From Escherichia phage vB_EcoM_JS09, in sequence record NC_024124.2: a stretch of 64,000 bases of DNA; one strand, given 5' to 3'. A program made the translations under genes and the position numbers. Shown here in pieces: positions 36,760-47,821 of this stretch. The number at the start of each line of letters is the position of its first letter. The stretch's first letter is position 1. Under the pieces are notes generated by a model. The model saw nothing but the letters and a program-made list of their open reading frames with translations. It made no database searches and was not told the DNA's origin.

Positions 36760-36985
36760 TTATGAAATCCATCGTCATGAATTTAGTATTGGTGACGGTT
36801 ATATTGGTATCGTTGAATGGACTGAGAATTGCGAGGAATCAACTCCTCGTTTCTTTGGAACAATGTATGTTACCTGTGAGTACGCACCAGGTGTTGTTAT
36901 GTATGCAGAACTAGATGAATATTTTGCTGATAGAGATGACATGTTAAAATATGTAGAGGACTTCATTCGAAGAGAATACATATGA
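36746..36985 (+). CDS. hypothetical protein (79 aa)
   Basis: ORF track frame trimmed to ATG at 36746 after GAGGA. Confidence 0.5.
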   Translation: MTKTDYEIHRHEFSIGDGYIGIVEWTENCEESTPRFFGTMYVTCEYAPGVVMYAELDEYFADRDDMLKYVEDFIRREYI

Positions 36986-38670
36986 AATCATTTAAATTAA
37001 ATCGTGTTCGTTATCAAAACATCATGTCGGTAGGTGGGAATCCTATTGATATCCAATTAGATAAAGTCCAAAAGACATTAATCACTGGTAAAAATGGCGG
37101 CGGTAAATCTACGATGTTAGAAGCCATTACTTTCGGACTTTTCGGTAAACCATTTCGTGATGTTAAGAAAGGGCAAATCATTAATAGCACGAACAAGAAA
37201 GAGCTCTTAGTTGAGCTTTGGATGGAATTCGATGGTAAAAAATACTTCATTAAACGTGGCCAAAAGCCCAATATTTTCGAAATCTCCGTTGACGGTGTTC
37301 GTCTTGATGAATCTGCCAGCAGTCGTGACTTCCAAGAAGAATTTGAACGTAGCATCGGAATGTCATACGCGTCTTTTAAACAAATCGTTGTGCTTGGGAC
37401 GGCAGGGTATACCCCTTTCATGGCTCTTAGCACCCCTGCTCGTAGAAAACTTGTCGAAGACCTTTTAGAAGTCGGCACGCTCGCTGAAATGGATAAAATC
37501 AATAAGTCTCAAGTTCGAGAACTTAATTCCCAGGGACAAGTTCTCGATGCCAAGAAAGATGGTGTTATCCAACAAATTAAGATTTATAACGAGAATATCG
37601 AACGTCAAAAGAAATTATCCGGTGATAATGTAGCGCGTCTACAGAATATGTATGACGACCTAGCCAAAGAAGCTCGTTCATTAAAAGCAGAAATCGAAGA
37701 AGCTAATGAGCGGCTACTTAATATCGTTCTTGATGAAGACCCTACTGAGGCATTCAACAAGATAGGACAAGAAGCATTCTTGATTAAATCTAAAATTGAC
37801 TCATATAACAAAGTTATTAAGATGTATCATGATGGTGGTACATGTCCTACTTGTGCATCACAGTTGCACCAGGGTGATCCTATTGTCTCTAAGATTACCG
37901 ATAAGCTTCATGAATGTAATCACTCATTCGAGCAACTTACATGTCACAGAGATAATCTGAGTGTCCTAGTGGACGAATATAGAGCTAATGTTAAGACTAA
38001 ACAGGACCTTGCATCTGATATTCGTACCAAGAAACAAGCAATGATTGCCACTATTGATAAAGCTAAGAAAGTTAAAGCTGCAATAGAACAAGCCTCGGCG
38101 GAATTTATCGACCACGCTGATGAGATAGCTTTGCTTCAAAAAGAACTTGATAAAATCATTAAAACAAAATCAGATATCGTTCTTGAAAAATACCATCGTG
38201 GTATTATCACAGATATGTTAAAAGATTCCGGTATTAAAGGTGCTATCATTAAAAAATATGTGCCTCTGTTCAACAAGCAGATTAACTATTATCTTAAAAT
38301 CATGGAAGCTGATTACGTGTTTTCTATTGATGAAGAATTCAATGAATCTATAAAATCACGTGGCCGTGAAGATTTTAGTTATGCTTCATTTAGTCAAGGT
38401 GAAAAAGCACGTATCGATATCGCATTGTTGTTTACATGGCGAGATATTGCTGAAAAGGTCTCTGGTGTTAAAATCAACACTCTGATTCTTGATGAGGTTT
38501 TTGATGGTGCTGTTGATTCTGAGGCTGTTAAGGCTATAGATACCATTCTTGGAAGTTTACAAAATACTAATGTGTTCATTATCTCTCATCGAGACCATGA
38601 CCCTCAACGGTATGGACAACATCTTCAGATGAGCAAAGTTGGACGATTTACGGTAATGACTGTTTCATAA
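36982..38670 (+). CDS. 46: recombination endonuclease subunit gp46 (Rad50/SbcC-like)
   Basis: Walker A GKNGGGKSTMLEAI, central coiled coil with CPTC zinc hook, C-terminal LILDEVFDG; 562 aa. Confidence 0.9.
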   Translation: MKSFKLNRVRYQNIMSVGGNPIDIQLDKVQKTLITGKNGGGKSTMLEAITFGLFGKPFRDVKKGQIINSTNKKELLVELWMEFDGKKYFIKRGQKPNIFEISVDGVRLDESASSRDFQEEFERSIGMSYASFKQIVVLGTAGYTPFMALSTPARRKLVEDLLEVGTLAEMDKINKSQVRELNSQGQVLDAKKDGVIQQIKIYNENIERQKKLSGDNVARLQNMYDDLAKEARSLKAEIEEANERLLNIVLDEDPTEAFNKIGQEAFLIKSKIDSYNKVIKMYHDGGTCPTCASQLHQGDPIVSKITDKLHECNHSFEQLTCHRDNLSVLVDEYRANVKTKQDLASDIRTKKQAMIATIDKAKKVKAAIEQASAEFIDHADEIALLQKELDKIIKTKSDIVLEKYHRGIITDMLKDSGIKGAIIKKYVPLFNKQINYYLKIMEADYVFSIDEEFNESIKSRGREDFSYASFSQGEKARIDIALLFTWRDIAEKVSGVKINTLILDEVFDGAVDSEAVKAIDTILGSLQNTNVFIISHRDHDPQRYGQHLQMSKVGRFTVMTVS

Positions 38671-38724
38671 ACGCTTTAACATGATGTGGTTATAATGACC
38701 ACATCAAATTAAATGGAGAACAAC

Positions 38725-38913
38725 ATGGAGTATTCAACTGGACAACATCTTCTCGTTGTCCCTGAAATTAAAAAATATGTTTTGACCAATACGTTTTCAG
38801 GTGAAGAACATATTGTTACTGAACAAATGCTCAAATCTGCTTTTAAAGATGAGTATAATAAAATAATGTCTAATCGCAATTCCGCATGGACAGTTACCGA
38901 CTTCTACGAATAA
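38725..38913 (+). CDS. hypothetical protein (62 aa), at the position of T4 45.2
   Basis: ORF track trimmed to ATG at 38725 after GGAGAA. Confidence 0.5.
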   Translation: MEYSTGQHLLVVPEIKKYVLTNTFSGEEHIVTEQMLKSAFKDEYNKIMSNRNSAWTVTDFYE

Positions 38914-38925
38914 GAGAGAAATAAT

Positions 38926-39342
38926 ATGTTTACTACTGCTAAAGGTTTCACTGCTGCTGATCTGAAAGTTACTTCTATCCGTACTGACGCTAACCCACAT
39001 AACCATAATCGTGTTCGTAAAGCATGGGTCCTGCATTGTGATGACGCAAGTGCTAAAAAACTCCAATCTTTGCCACAAGAAACTCGTTTTATGATTTACG
39101 GTTTTATTGATAACGATGTATCTGATATGTGGATTCATCTGATGCGTAAGCACTATAAAGATTCTATTGAAGCCGGCGGAAAAATCGTTCTTGATAAAGA
39201 TGGTTCTGAGCGTCTGGAAGATCTCTACTGTGTTGATGCCGACGAACAACTAATTGCAGCTGGCGAAATTGTTGCTTCTAAAATTCCAGAATATATTGAA
39301 TCACTGCCTGAAGCTATTAAAAAGCAGATGGTTGCTGCATAA
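38926..39342 (+). CDS. rpbA: RNA polymerase binding protein RpbA-like (138 aa), assigned by position
   Basis: Lies between 46 and 45 as rpbA does in T4; sequence itself not recognised. Confidence 0.45.
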   Translation: MFTTAKGFTAADLKVTSIRTDANPHNHNRVRKAWVLHCDDASAKKLQSLPQETRFMIYGFIDNDVSDMWIHLMRKHYKDSIEAGGKIVLDKDGSERLEDLYCVDADEQLIAAGEIVASKIPEYIESLPEAIKKQMVAA

Positions 39343-39384
39343 TAAATTTGTTATAAACTTTGAATTGTCTTGAAAGGAAATAAA

Positions 39385-40071
39385 ATGAAACTGTCTAAAG
39401 ATACTATCGCTATTCTGAAAAACTTTGCCTCTATTAACTCCGGCATTCTGCTGAGTCAAGGTAAATTTATTATGACTCGTGCAGTTAATGGCACCACTTA
39501 TGCGGAAGCAAATATCTCTGATGAAATTGATTTTGACGTAGCACTTTATGATTTGAATAGCTTCTTAAGCATTTTGAGTCTAGTGTCTGATGATGCTGAA
39601 ATTTCAATGCACACTGATGGTAATATTAAAATTGCAGATACACGTTCCACAGTTTATTGGCCTGCCGCTGACAAGAGCACCATTGTTTTTCCTAATAAAC
39701 CAATTCAATTTCCAGTGGCTTCTGTGATTACTGAAATTAAAGCTGAAGACCTTCAACAATTGCTTCGAGTTTCACGTGGTCTTCAGATTGATACAATTGC
39801 TATTACAAATAAAGATGGTAAAATTGTTATCAACGGCTATAATAAAGTTGAAGATTCTGGACTAACTCGTCCTAAGTATTCTTTGACTCTTACCGATTAT
39901 GATGGTTCTAACAACTTTAACTTCGTAATCAATATGGCTAATATGAAAATCCAGCCAGGTAACTATAAAGTAATGTTGTGGGGAGCTGGTGATAAAGTTG
40001 CAGCTAAGTTTGAAAGCTCTCAAGTAAGTTATGTTATTGCGATGGAAGCCGATTCTACTCACGACTTCTAA
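39385..40071 (+). CDS. 45: sliding clamp gp45
   Basis: MKLSKDTIAILKNFASINSGILLSQGKFIMTRAVNGTTYAEANISDEIDFDVALYDLN... near-identical to T4 gp45 as recalled; start trimmed to 39385. Confidence 0.95.
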   Translation: MKLSKDTIAILKNFASINSGILLSQGKFIMTRAVNGTTYAEANISDEIDFDVALYDLNSFLSILSLVSDDAEISMHTDGNIKIADTRSTVYWPAADKSTIVFPNKPIQFPVASVITEIKAEDLQQLLRVSRGLQIDTIAITNKDGKIVINGYNKVEDSGLTRPKYSLTLTDYDGSNNFNFVINMANMKIQPGNYKVMLWGAGDKVAAKFESSQVSYVIAMEADSTHDF

Positions 40072-40146
40072 GTCAAAGCTTTACGTTTATTGTGATACGA
40101 TTATGGAGGAGAAATCCTCCAGTTTAATGATAATGAGGAAAATTAC

Positions 40147-41109
40147 ATGATTACTATCAATTCCAAAGAACACATTCTAGAACAGAAATATCGTCCTTCT
40201 TCCATTGACGAATGTATTCTGCCTGCGTATGACCATGAAACATTCAAGTCTTTAGTATCTAAAGGAAAACTTCCTCATATTATTTTACACTCTCCATCTC
40301 CTGGTACCGGTAAAACAACCGTAGCAAAAGCATTATGTAATGATATCAATGCCGAAATGATGTTCGTCAACGGTTCTGATTGTAAGATTGATTTTGTGCG
40401 TGGTCCGTTAACTGCATTCGCTCGTTCAGTCTCAATGGAAGGCAAGCCTAAAGTTATTGTTATTGATGAATTTGACCGTAGTGGCCTCGCCGAATCACAA
40501 CGTCACCTTCGTACATTCATGGAAGAATTCTCTAGTAACTGTTCTATTATTATTACGGCTAACAACATCGATGGAATTATTGAACCATTACGTAGTCGTT
40601 GTCGAGTTATCGAATTCGGACGTCCAACCGAAGAAGATAAAATCTCGATGATGAAGAAAATGATTCATCGTATGGTTGAAATCTGTAAGAATGAAAATAT
40701 CGAAATCGCTGATATGAAAGTTGTTGCAGCTCTGGTTAAAAAGAACTTCCCGGACTTTCGTCGTACAATTGGACAATTAGACCAGTACTCGTCTAAAGGT
40801 GTTCTTGATGCAGGTATTTTGTCTATCGTAACTAATGACCGTGGCACAGTCTCTGATGTTATCGAAGCAATGAAGAACAAAGATATCAAACAGCTTCGTG
40901 CATTAGCTCCAAAATATGCCGCAGATTATTCATGGTTCATCGATAAATTAGTTTCAGAATGTTATGACCAAGTTGCACCTGGTAAAAGTATTATTTCGCT
41001 TTATGAAATTGCAGGCGAAAACAATAAGTTTCATGGATTAGCAAGTAATATTGAATTACATGTTATGTATATGCTTCTTCAACTGACCTGCGAACTGACT
41101 TGGAAATAA
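40147..41109 (+). CDS. 44: clamp loader large subunit gp44 (AAA+)
   Basis: Walker [11 protein letters not shown], Walker B VIVIDEFD; 320 aa; follows gene 45. Confidence 0.9.
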   Translation: MITINSKEHILEQKYRPSSIDECILPAYDHETFKSLVSKGKLPHIILHSPSPGTGKTTVAKALCNDINAEMMFVNGSDCKIDFVRGPLTAFARSVSMEGKPKVIVIDEFDRSGLAESQRHLRTFMEEFSSNCSIIITANNIDGIIEPLRSRCRVIEFGRPTEEDKISMMKKMIHRMVEICKNENIEIADMKVVAALVKKNFPDFRRTIGQLDQYSSKGVLDAGILSIVTNDRGTVSDVIEAMKNKDIKQLRALAPKYAADYSWFIDKLVSECYDQVAPGKSIISLYEIAGENNKFHGLASNIELHVMYMLLQLTCELTWK

Positions 41110-41110
41110 T

Positions 41111-41674
41111 ATGAACTTATTCGATGATGACGTCCGGCTTAACGAGCACCAAATTGCATGGAAGTCTAATGACGCTGATGCGATTCAAAAATGTGCTGAT
41201 ATGTTTAAAGAAAAACCTGAGAATGAATTCTTTAAAATCATTAATGCTATTAATGAAAAGAAATCTATGTCAATTGCTCAGGTCGACTACTCAAAATTTA
41301 TGGTTGAGAACTCATTATCCCAGTTCCCAGAATGTATGCCAGCTGTTTACATGATGAACTTAGTCGGTTCTGAATTAAGTGATGAAGCGCACTTCAACTA
41401 TATGATGGCGGCAATTCCGCGTGGTCGTCGATTCTCTAAATGGGCTAAACTGGTTGAAGACACTTCAGAGTTACTAGTTATCAAACTGTTGATGAAACAT
41501 TACACAATCAACATGAATGATGCTACTGAGTATAAGCGGCTCCTTGAAAAAAATAACAAGTTGCCAATAGTCCTTAAAGAACTGAAGGCCATGGTCACTG
41601 ATGAGTTTCTCAAAGAAGTTACAAAAAATGTGAAAGAACAAAAACAATTTAAAAAATTAGCATTGGAATGGTAA
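41111..41674 (+). CDS. 62: clamp loader small subunit gp62
   Basis: 187 aa between 44 and regA as in T4. Confidence 0.8.
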   Translation: MNLFDDDVRLNEHQIAWKSNDADAIQKCADMFKEKPENEFFKIINAINEKKSMSIAQVDYSKFMVENSLSQFPECMPAVYMMNLVGSELSDEAHFNYMMAAIPRGRRFSKWAKLVEDTSELLVIKLLMKHYTINMNDATEYKRLLEKNNKLPIVLKELKAMVTDEFLKEVTKNVKEQKQFKKLALEW

Positions 41675-41676
41675 AA

Positions 41677-42045
41677 ATGATTGAAATTAAATTGAAGAAC
41701 CCTGAAGATTTTCTGAAAGTCAAAGAGACTTTGACCCGTATGGGCATCGCTAATAACAAGGATAAAGTCCTTTACCAGTCTTGTCATATCCTCCAAAAGC
41801 AAGGTAAATATTACATCGTCCACTTTAAAGAAATGCTGCGTATGGACGGACGTCAGGTTGATATTGATGGTGAAGACTATCAGCGACGTGATTCGATTGC
41901 TCAGTTGCTTGAAGACTGGGGATTGATTGTTATTGAAGACTCTGCTCGTGAAGATCTATTTAGCCTGACTAATAACTTCCGTGTTATCTCTTTTAAACAG
42001 AAAGATGACTGGACTTTGAAAGCAAAATATACAATTGGTAATTAA
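41677..42045 (+). CDS. regA: translational repressor RegA
   Basis: MIEIKLKNPEDFLKVKETLTRMGIANNKDKVLYQSCHILQK... near-identical to T4 RegA as recalled; start trimmed to 41677. Confidence 0.95.
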   Translation: MIEIKLKNPEDFLKVKETLTRMGIANNKDKVLYQSCHILQKQGKYYIVHFKEMLRMDGRQVDIDGEDYQRRDSIAQLLEDWGLIVIEDSAREDLFSLTNNFRVISFKQKDDWTLKAKYTIGN

Positions 42046-42050
42046 AGCAA

Positions 42051-42069
42051 TGGGACTTCGGTCCCATTT
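42051..42069 (+). terminator. intrinsic terminator with TTCG tetraloop
   Basis: TGGGAC-TTCG-GTCCCA followed by TTT. Confidence 0.7.
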
Positions 42070-42126
42070 GGAGTATAATAAGTTCATCAACAAACAAAAG
42101 ACAATAACTCGTCTAAAGGAAATTAA

Positions 42127-44838
42127 ATGAAAGAATTTTACTTAACGGTTGAACAGATTGGTGATTCAATTTTTGAACGTTACATCGATTCTAACGGCCG
42201 TGAACGTACTCGTGAAGTAGAATATAAACCATCACTGTTTGCTCATTGTCCGGAAAGTCAGGCTACGAAATATTTCGATATCTACGGTAAGCCGTGTACT
42301 CGTAAGTTGTTCGCTAATATGCGTGATGCCTCACAATGGATTAAACGCATGGAAGATATCGGACTTGAAGCACTTGGCATGGACGATTTCAAATTGGCGT
42401 ATTTGTCTGACACTTATAACTATGAAATCAAATACGACCATACAAAAATTCGTGTGGCTAACTTCGACATCGAAGTAACATCTCCGGATGGGTTCCCTGA
42501 GCCGTCACAAGCAAAACATCCTATTGATGCTATCACTCATTATGACTCAATTGACGACAGGTTCTACGTATTTGATCTATTGAATTCTCCATATGGTAAT
42601 GTGGAAGAATGGTCTATCGAAATTGCAGCTAAGCTTCAAGAACAAGGTGGTGATGAAGTTCCATCCGAAATTATCGATAAAATCATTTATATGCCGTTCG
42701 ATAACGAAAAAGAATTGTTGATGGAATATCTCAACTTCTGGCAACAGAAAACTCCTGTCATTTTGACTGGATGGAACGTTGAGTCATTTGATATTCCATA
42801 TGTGTATAACCGAATCAAGAATATTTTTGGCGAATCTACTGCGAAACGTTTATCACCACATCGTAAAACTCGTGTTAAAGTTATCGAAAACATGTATGGT
42901 TCTCGTGAAATCATTACACTGTTCGGTATCTCTGTTCTTGATTACATTGACCTTTACAAAAAATTCTCTTTTACCAATCAACCGTCGTATTCTCTGGATT
43001 ACATTTCAGAATTTGAATTGAACGTTGGTAAACTGAAATATGACGGCCCTATTTCTAAGCTTCGTGAAAGCAATCACCAACGATATATTTCTTATAACAT
43101 TATCGACGTGTATCGTGTATTGCAAATTGATGCTAAGCGTCAGTTCATCAACTTGAGTTTGGACATGGGTTATTATGCTAAGATACAGATTCAATCCGTG
43201 TTTAGCCCAATTAAAACATGGGATGCTATTATTTTTAATAGCCTTAAAGAACAAAACAAGGTGATTCCACAAGGTCGTTCTCACCCGGTTCAACCTTATC
43301 CTGGCGCTTTTGTTAAGGAACCTATTCCAAATCGATACAAATATGTAATGAGTTTCGACCTTACATCTCTGTATCCAAGTATTATTCGCCAAGTGAATAT
43401 TAGCCCAGAAACAATAGCAGGAACGTTTAAAGTAGCTCCACTGCATGATTATATTAACGCAATCGCTGAACGTCCTTCAGATGTGTACAGTTGCTCTCCT
43501 AACGGCATGATGTATTATAAAGACCGTGATGGTGTAGTTCCAACTGAAATCACTAAGGTCTTTAATCAACGTAAAGAACATAAAGGTTACATGCTTGCAG
43601 CTCAACGTAATGGTGAAATAATTAAAGAGGCATTGCATAATCCTAATCTTTCTGTTGACGAACCATTAGATGTTGATTATCGTTTCGACTTCAGTGATGA
43701 GATTAAAGAAAAGATTAAAAAGTTGTCTGCTAAATCTCTTAATGAAATGTTGTTTAGAGCTCAACGTACTGAAGTTGCAGGTATGACTGCACAGATTAAC
43801 CGTAAATTGCTCATCAACTCACTTTATGGTGCACTTGGAAACGTTTGGTTCCGTTATTATGATTTGCGTAATGCTACTGCAATCACAACATTTGGTCAAA
43901 TGGCTTTACAGTGGATTGAACGTAAAGTTAATGAATATCTGAATGAAGTTTGTGGTACAGAAGGCGAAGCTTTCGTTCTTTATGGTGATACAGACTCTAT
44001 TTACGTATCTGCTGATAAAATTATCGATAAGGTTGGTGAATCTAAATTCCGTGATACCAACCATTGGGTAGACTTCTTAGATAAGTTCGCTCGTGAACGT
44101 ATGGAACCTGCTATTGATAGAGGTTTCCGTGAAATGTGCGAATACATGAACAATAAGCAACATTTGATGTTCATGGACCGAGAAGCTATCGCTGGGCCTC
44201 CGCTTGGTTCTAAAGGTATTGGCGGATTTTGGACTGGTAAGAAACGTTATGCATTAAACGTGTGGGATATGGAAGGTACTCGTTACGCTGAGCCTAAACT
44301 CAAAATCATGGGTCTAGAGACTCAGAAATCTTCGACTCCTAAAGCAGTACAGAAAGCTCTTAAAGAATGTATTCGTCGTATGCTTCAGGAAGGTGAAGAA
44401 TCATTACAAGAATATTTTAAAGAGTTTGAAAAAGAATTCCGTCAATTGAATTATATTAGCATCGCGTCGGTATCTTCTGCGAATAACATTGCTAAATACG
44501 ACGTCGGTGGATTCCCTGGTCCCAAATGCCCGTTCCATATTCGTGGAATTCTGACGTATAACCGGGCTATCAAAGGTAATATCGATGCACCGCAAGTTGT
44601 AGAAGGTGAAAAAGTATATGTTCTGCCTTTACGTGAAGGAAACCCATTCGGTGATAAATGTATCGCATGGCCTTCTGGCACTGAAATCACAGATTTAATT
44701 AAAGACGACGTACTTCATTGGATGGACTACACTGTTCTCCTTGAGAAGACATTTATTAAACCACTTGAAGGATTCACATCAGCAGCGAAACTCGATTACG
44801 AGAAGAAAGCATCTCTATTCGATATGTTCGATTTTTGA
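42127..44838 (+). CDS. 43: DNA polymerase gp43 (family B)
   Basis: 903 aa; exonuclease FDIE motif, polymerase motifs SLYPS and YGDTDS. Confidence 0.95.
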   Translation: MKEFYLTVEQIGDSIFERYIDSNGRERTREVEYKPSLFAHCPESQATKYFDIYGKPCTRKLFANMRDASQWIKRMEDIGLEALGMDDFKLAYLSDTYNYEIKYDHTKIRVANFDIEVTSPDGFPEPSQAKHPIDAITHYDSIDDRFYVFDLLNSPYGNVEEWSIEIAAKLQEQGGDEVPSEIIDKIIYMPFDNEKELLMEYLNFWQQKTPVILTGWNVESFDIPYVYNRIKNIFGESTAKRLSPHRKTRVKVIENMYGSREIITLFGISVLDYIDLYKKFSFTNQPSYSLDYISEFELNVGKLKYDGPISKLRESNHQRYISYNIIDVYRVLQIDAKRQFINLSLDMGYYAKIQIQSVFSPIKTWDAIIFNSLKEQNKVIPQGRSHPVQPYPGAFVKEPIPNRYKYVMSFDLTSLYPSIIRQVNISPETIAGTFKVAPLHDYINAIAERPSDVYSCSPNGMMYYKDRDGVVPTEITKVFNQRKEHKGYMLAAQRNGEIIKEALHNPNLSVDEPLDVDYRFDFSDEIKEKIKKLSAKSLNEMLFRAQRTEVAGMTAQINRKLLINSLYGALGNVWFRYYDLRNATAITTFGQMALQWIERKVNEYLNEVCGTEGEAFVLYGDTDSIYVSADKIIDKVGESKFRDTNHWVDFLDKFARERMEPAIDRGFREMCEYMNNKQHLMFMDREAIAGPPLGSKGIGGFWTGKKRYALNVWDMEGTRYAEPKLKIMGLETQKSSTPKAVQKALKECIRRMLQEGEESLQEYFKEFEKEFRQLNYISIASVSSANNIAKYDVGGFPGPKCPFHIRGILTYNRAIKGNIDAPQVVEGEKVYVLPLREGNPFGDKCIAWPSGTEITDLIKDDVLHWMDYTVLLEKTFIKPLEGFTSAAKLDYEKKASLFDMFDF

Positions 44839-44878
44839 TATAATGACATGGACGGTAAACTAATTAAATGAGAGAAAT

Positions 44879-45514
44879 ATGAAAACTACTCCTATTACTA
44901 TCGCTATTGACGCAATCATAAAACAAGCTTCTTCTTTGGCCGCTATGGCCAAAGTAATTAGTCAAAACCCTGCTCGTTATAATGCTATTCTAGAAACTCT
45001 TCGACGCCCTGGACTTAGTAATTATGAAAGTCGTGTAATTATTACAGGTGTTGGTAAGAACGCTAATATCGCAACTAAAGCTTCTGAGACATTTGCTTCA
45101 CTCGGTATCCCGAGTATGTACTTGAACACCGGGCATTATTCTCACGGTGATGCAGGATTCATTGCGCCTAATGATGTGTTGATTCATATTAGTCGTTCTG
45201 GTAAAACTGAAGAAATGATAGGCGTGGCTAAGCATCTTAAAACGATTCGTCCGAACGTCAAACAGATTCTGTTGCATTGTAACCCAGACATTCCACAAGA
45301 AAATGAAGCCCTTTTTGATTACTCTTTCTGTACAGGCATCGCAGTAGAGGTTGATGAGAATTCTCTGGCTCCGACCATGTCCACTACATTGTTGTTAGCG
45401 CTTATCGATACTTTTGCTATCAACCTTTCGTCTGAGCGTGGATTTACCTCTAATGACTTCCTTAAGTTCCACCCTGGCGGTGCACTAGGTGCCATGTTAC
45501 GAGGCGAACAATGA
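44879..45514 (+). CDS. SIS-domain sugar-phosphate isomerase, arabinose-5-phosphate isomerase-like
   Basis: RVIITGVGKNANIATKASETFASLGIP ... HGDAG resembles the KdsD/GutQ SIS core; no CBS domains. Confidence 0.75.
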   Translation: MKTTPITIAIDAIIKQASSLAAMAKVISQNPARYNAILETLRRPGLSNYESRVIITGVGKNANIATKASETFASLGIPSMYLNTGHYSHGDAGFIAPNDVLIHISRSGKTEEMIGVAKHLKTIRPNVKQILLHCNPDIPQENEALFDYSFCTGIAVEVDENSLAPTMSTTLLLALIDTFAINLSSERGFTSNDFLKFHPGGALGAMLRGEQ

Positions 45515-45654
45515 AAGCAATAACAATAGGACTTTTACTATTGATGCTTGTCATGACTATCTACTGGAGCTTAACGGCTCCAGTAATGATTCCAACACTT
45601 GTAATCGGATGGATTATGATTGGACTACAAGCAAAGTATGAATGCTTTAACTAG
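45511..45654 (+). CDS. possible small membrane protein (47 aa)
   Basis: Not in ORF track; MKAITIGLLLLMLVMTIYWSL... hydrophobic; ATGA overlap with the SIS gene. Confidence 0.4.
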   Translation: MKAITIGLLLLMLVMTIYWSLTAPVMIPTLVIGWIMIGLQAKYECFN

Positions 45655-45695
45655 AATAGTGTACAATACTCCTACTTACTAATGAGGACCACAAC

Positions 45696-47381
45696 ATGAA
45701 AAAAGCTGTTATTCTTGGTGCTGGACTGGCAACTCGTTTGTATCCAATAACGCATCATATTCCTAAGGTGCTTGTTAACTATAAACAAGACACTATTCTG
45801 AGCAATTTGTATACAATTTATTCTGACCTTGGTGCAGATGAAATTATTGTAGTAGTTCATTCAAAATTTGCTGAAACTGTTCGAGCTTATTGTGAGCAAG
45901 AAGGGTTCAATGTGACTATTCGTACAGTTGATGAAGCATATGGTTCTGCTTATGCTCTTGCTAAATTACACAAAGATTTAGACGGCCATAATGTAATTGT
46001 TAACTGGTGTGATATTATTCCTGATTTTGGTTCATGGTCTTGGAATGTTAACGCAATCTATGTTAAGGGTGACGAATGTCGATATAATTTCGACGGTGAA
46101 AATATCACTAACGTAGGTTCAACAGGTGGTAATGTTGTAGGAATTTATCAGTTCAAAGACTGGGAATTCTATATGGGTTCTACTGATGAGGAAATTCATG
46201 AATACTGCAAAGGACGTGATTTCGTAGAATTCCTTTACGGCAGCGCATTCAATAAATCAGAGCTTATGAATCTAATTGATTTAGGTGATATGCCTAAACT
46301 TGAAAAAGCTCATGAAGTTCGTGAACTTAATCGTAGTTTTAATGCAGTTGAAATTGGTGAAGAAACTGTAACTAAATTCGCATTAACCGAACAGGGCCGA
46401 GCTCTTCAGAAAGATGAGATTTCATGGTATCTTAAAGTGAAATCAGATTCAGTTCCTCAGTTAGTTTCTGTTAATGAAAATAACTTTGAAATGGAACGCA
46501 TTAAAGGTAAGCCGGCATTTGAATATATTAAATCCAAATCGAGTCTTGCTCGTCCACAAATTGTTGATGCAATTTTAGACGCACTGAAATTCAGCACAGA
46601 CACTTATTTTGTAAGTCCTGAAACTGTTCGTCGTGATTTCACTAAAGAATTCTATACGAAAGTTATTGATCGTTGTGAAAGCATTCAACCATTGATTGAT
46701 TCATTTGGTAAAATCACACATGTGAACTACACTAAGATTGGACGTCTGAAGCCAATGTTGAAACAAGCTTTAGAACACCTTATTCGTTATCATAACCGTT
46801 CTCAGGGACAGTACTCTGTTATTCATGGCGACCCGAACTTCAGTAATACTATGATTACTGATAATGGTGAAGTCAAGTTTATCGACCCTCGCGGATATTT
46901 TGGCGAAACCAAGATTTATGGGCCAAAATTGTATGATGAAGCTAAAGTGCTTTATGCTGTTTCAGGTTATGATGAATTCAACGCTAATCCGACCTGGGGA
47001 CAGTTTACTATTGATGAAACAACTTGTAATGTGACTATTAACATCAATCCATTAGTTTACAAATATGGAAAGATGAGTTCGTTTAACGAGTATCATCATT
47101 TGGCTGTAGCAATTATCTGGATTGCATTAGGTGGTTATTTCAAGAATAATCCACTTAAAGCGGTAGCCGCATATTATAAAGGTATGGAACTTCTGACTAA
47201 GCAATTACGTAACATGGGCCGTGTACTTCAGGACGGCTCTATTAGTTATGACGTAGCAGAACCTGTAACGGCTACTCTGATTACAAAAAATCCTGGTAAA
47301 TGGGTACTAACTGATAAAGAAACTGGTGTTTCCTATCGTCCAATCGGTGGCGATATCACTCATCAATGGGAACGAATCTAA
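45696..47381 (+). CDS. bifunctional sugar-1-phosphate nucleotidyltransferase / kinase (561 aa)
   Basis: N-terminal MKKAVILGAGLATRLYPIT (GlmU/RmlA/LicC-type NTase); C-terminal SVIHGDPNFSNTMITDNGEVKFIDPRGYFG (APH/choline-kinase-like kinase). Confidence 0.75.
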   Translation: MKKAVILGAGLATRLYPITHHIPKVLVNYKQDTILSNLYTIYSDLGADEIIVVVHSKFAETVRAYCEQEGFNVTIRTVDEAYGSAYALAKLHKDLDGHNVIVNWCDIIPDFGSWSWNVNAIYVKGDECRYNFDGENITNVGSTGGNVVGIYQFKDWEFYMGSTDEEIHEYCKGRDFVEFLYGSAFNKSELMNLIDLGDMPKLEKAHEVRELNRSFNAVEIGEETVTKFALTEQGRALQKDEISWYLKVKSDSVPQLVSVNENNFEMERIKGKPAFEYIKSKSSLARPQIVDAILDALKFSTDTYFVSPETVRRDFTKEFYTKVIDRCESIQPLIDSFGKITHVNYTKIGRLKPMLKQALEHLIRYHNRSQGQYSVIHGDPNFSNTMITDNGEVKFIDPRGYFGETKIYGPKLYDEAKVLYAVSGYDEFNANPTWGQFTIDETTCNVTININPLVYKYGKMSSFNEYHHLAVAIIWIALGGYFKNNPLKAVAAYYKGMELLTKQLRNMGRVLQDGSISYDVAEPVTATLITKNPGKWVLTDKETGVSYRPIGGDITHQWERI

Positions 47382-47767
47382 TGCACCGTGTAGAAAACAT
47401 GCTTAATCTTTGTTTTGATGTCGATGATTGTATAACAGAGTGGAATAACAATCGTGATTACGTGAACTTCAAACCAGACGTCGAAATGGTGACTGCCATT
47501 AATGCCCTGTATGATGCAGGGCATACAATAACGCTTTACACTGCTCGCGGTATGAAGTCAGTCGGTCCTGGTCGTATAGCAATTGACATTCTCCCAAGTC
47601 TGATTCAGAACTTGGCAAACATTGGATTGAAGTACCATAATTTGCTAACACATAAACCAGTATATGATTGGATTATCGACGACAAAGCTATGCGTCCTGA
47701 CGAATTCAAAGCTCTTATGAATAAAGGCGAATTCGAAACATTTAAATCATATAAACCGAATCTATAA
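47381..47767 (+). CDS. HAD-like phosphatase (128 aa)
   Basis: N-terminal CFDVDDCIT resembles HAD motif I; start trimmed to ATG at 47381 (TAATG overlap). Confidence 0.5.
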   Translation: MHRVENMLNLCFDVDDCITEWNNNRDYVNFKPDVEMVTAINALYDAGHTITLYTARGMKSVGPGRIAIDILPSLIQNLANIGLKYHNLLTHKPVYDWIIDDKAMRPDEFKALMNKGEFETFKSYKPNL

Positions 47768-47821
47768 TAATTTAAGTAAGACCTGCAAAAACCATCGCAA
47801 CAATTAACGCGAGATGCAAAA

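Noticed and set aside
42239-44690. Short ORFs in other frames and on the minus strand within the DNA polymerase gene
   Set aside because: Fully inside gene 43, which is strongly supported by conserved polymerase motifs.
44879-47767. Reading the SIS, HAD and NTase genes as a Kdo (LPS sugar) pathway
   Set aside because: No KdsA-like Kdo-8-phosphate synthase or KdsB-like CMP-Kdo synthetase is present, the NTase is fused to a kinase, and the genes sit with dCMP hydroxymethylase, so a DNA sugar modification role is more consistent.
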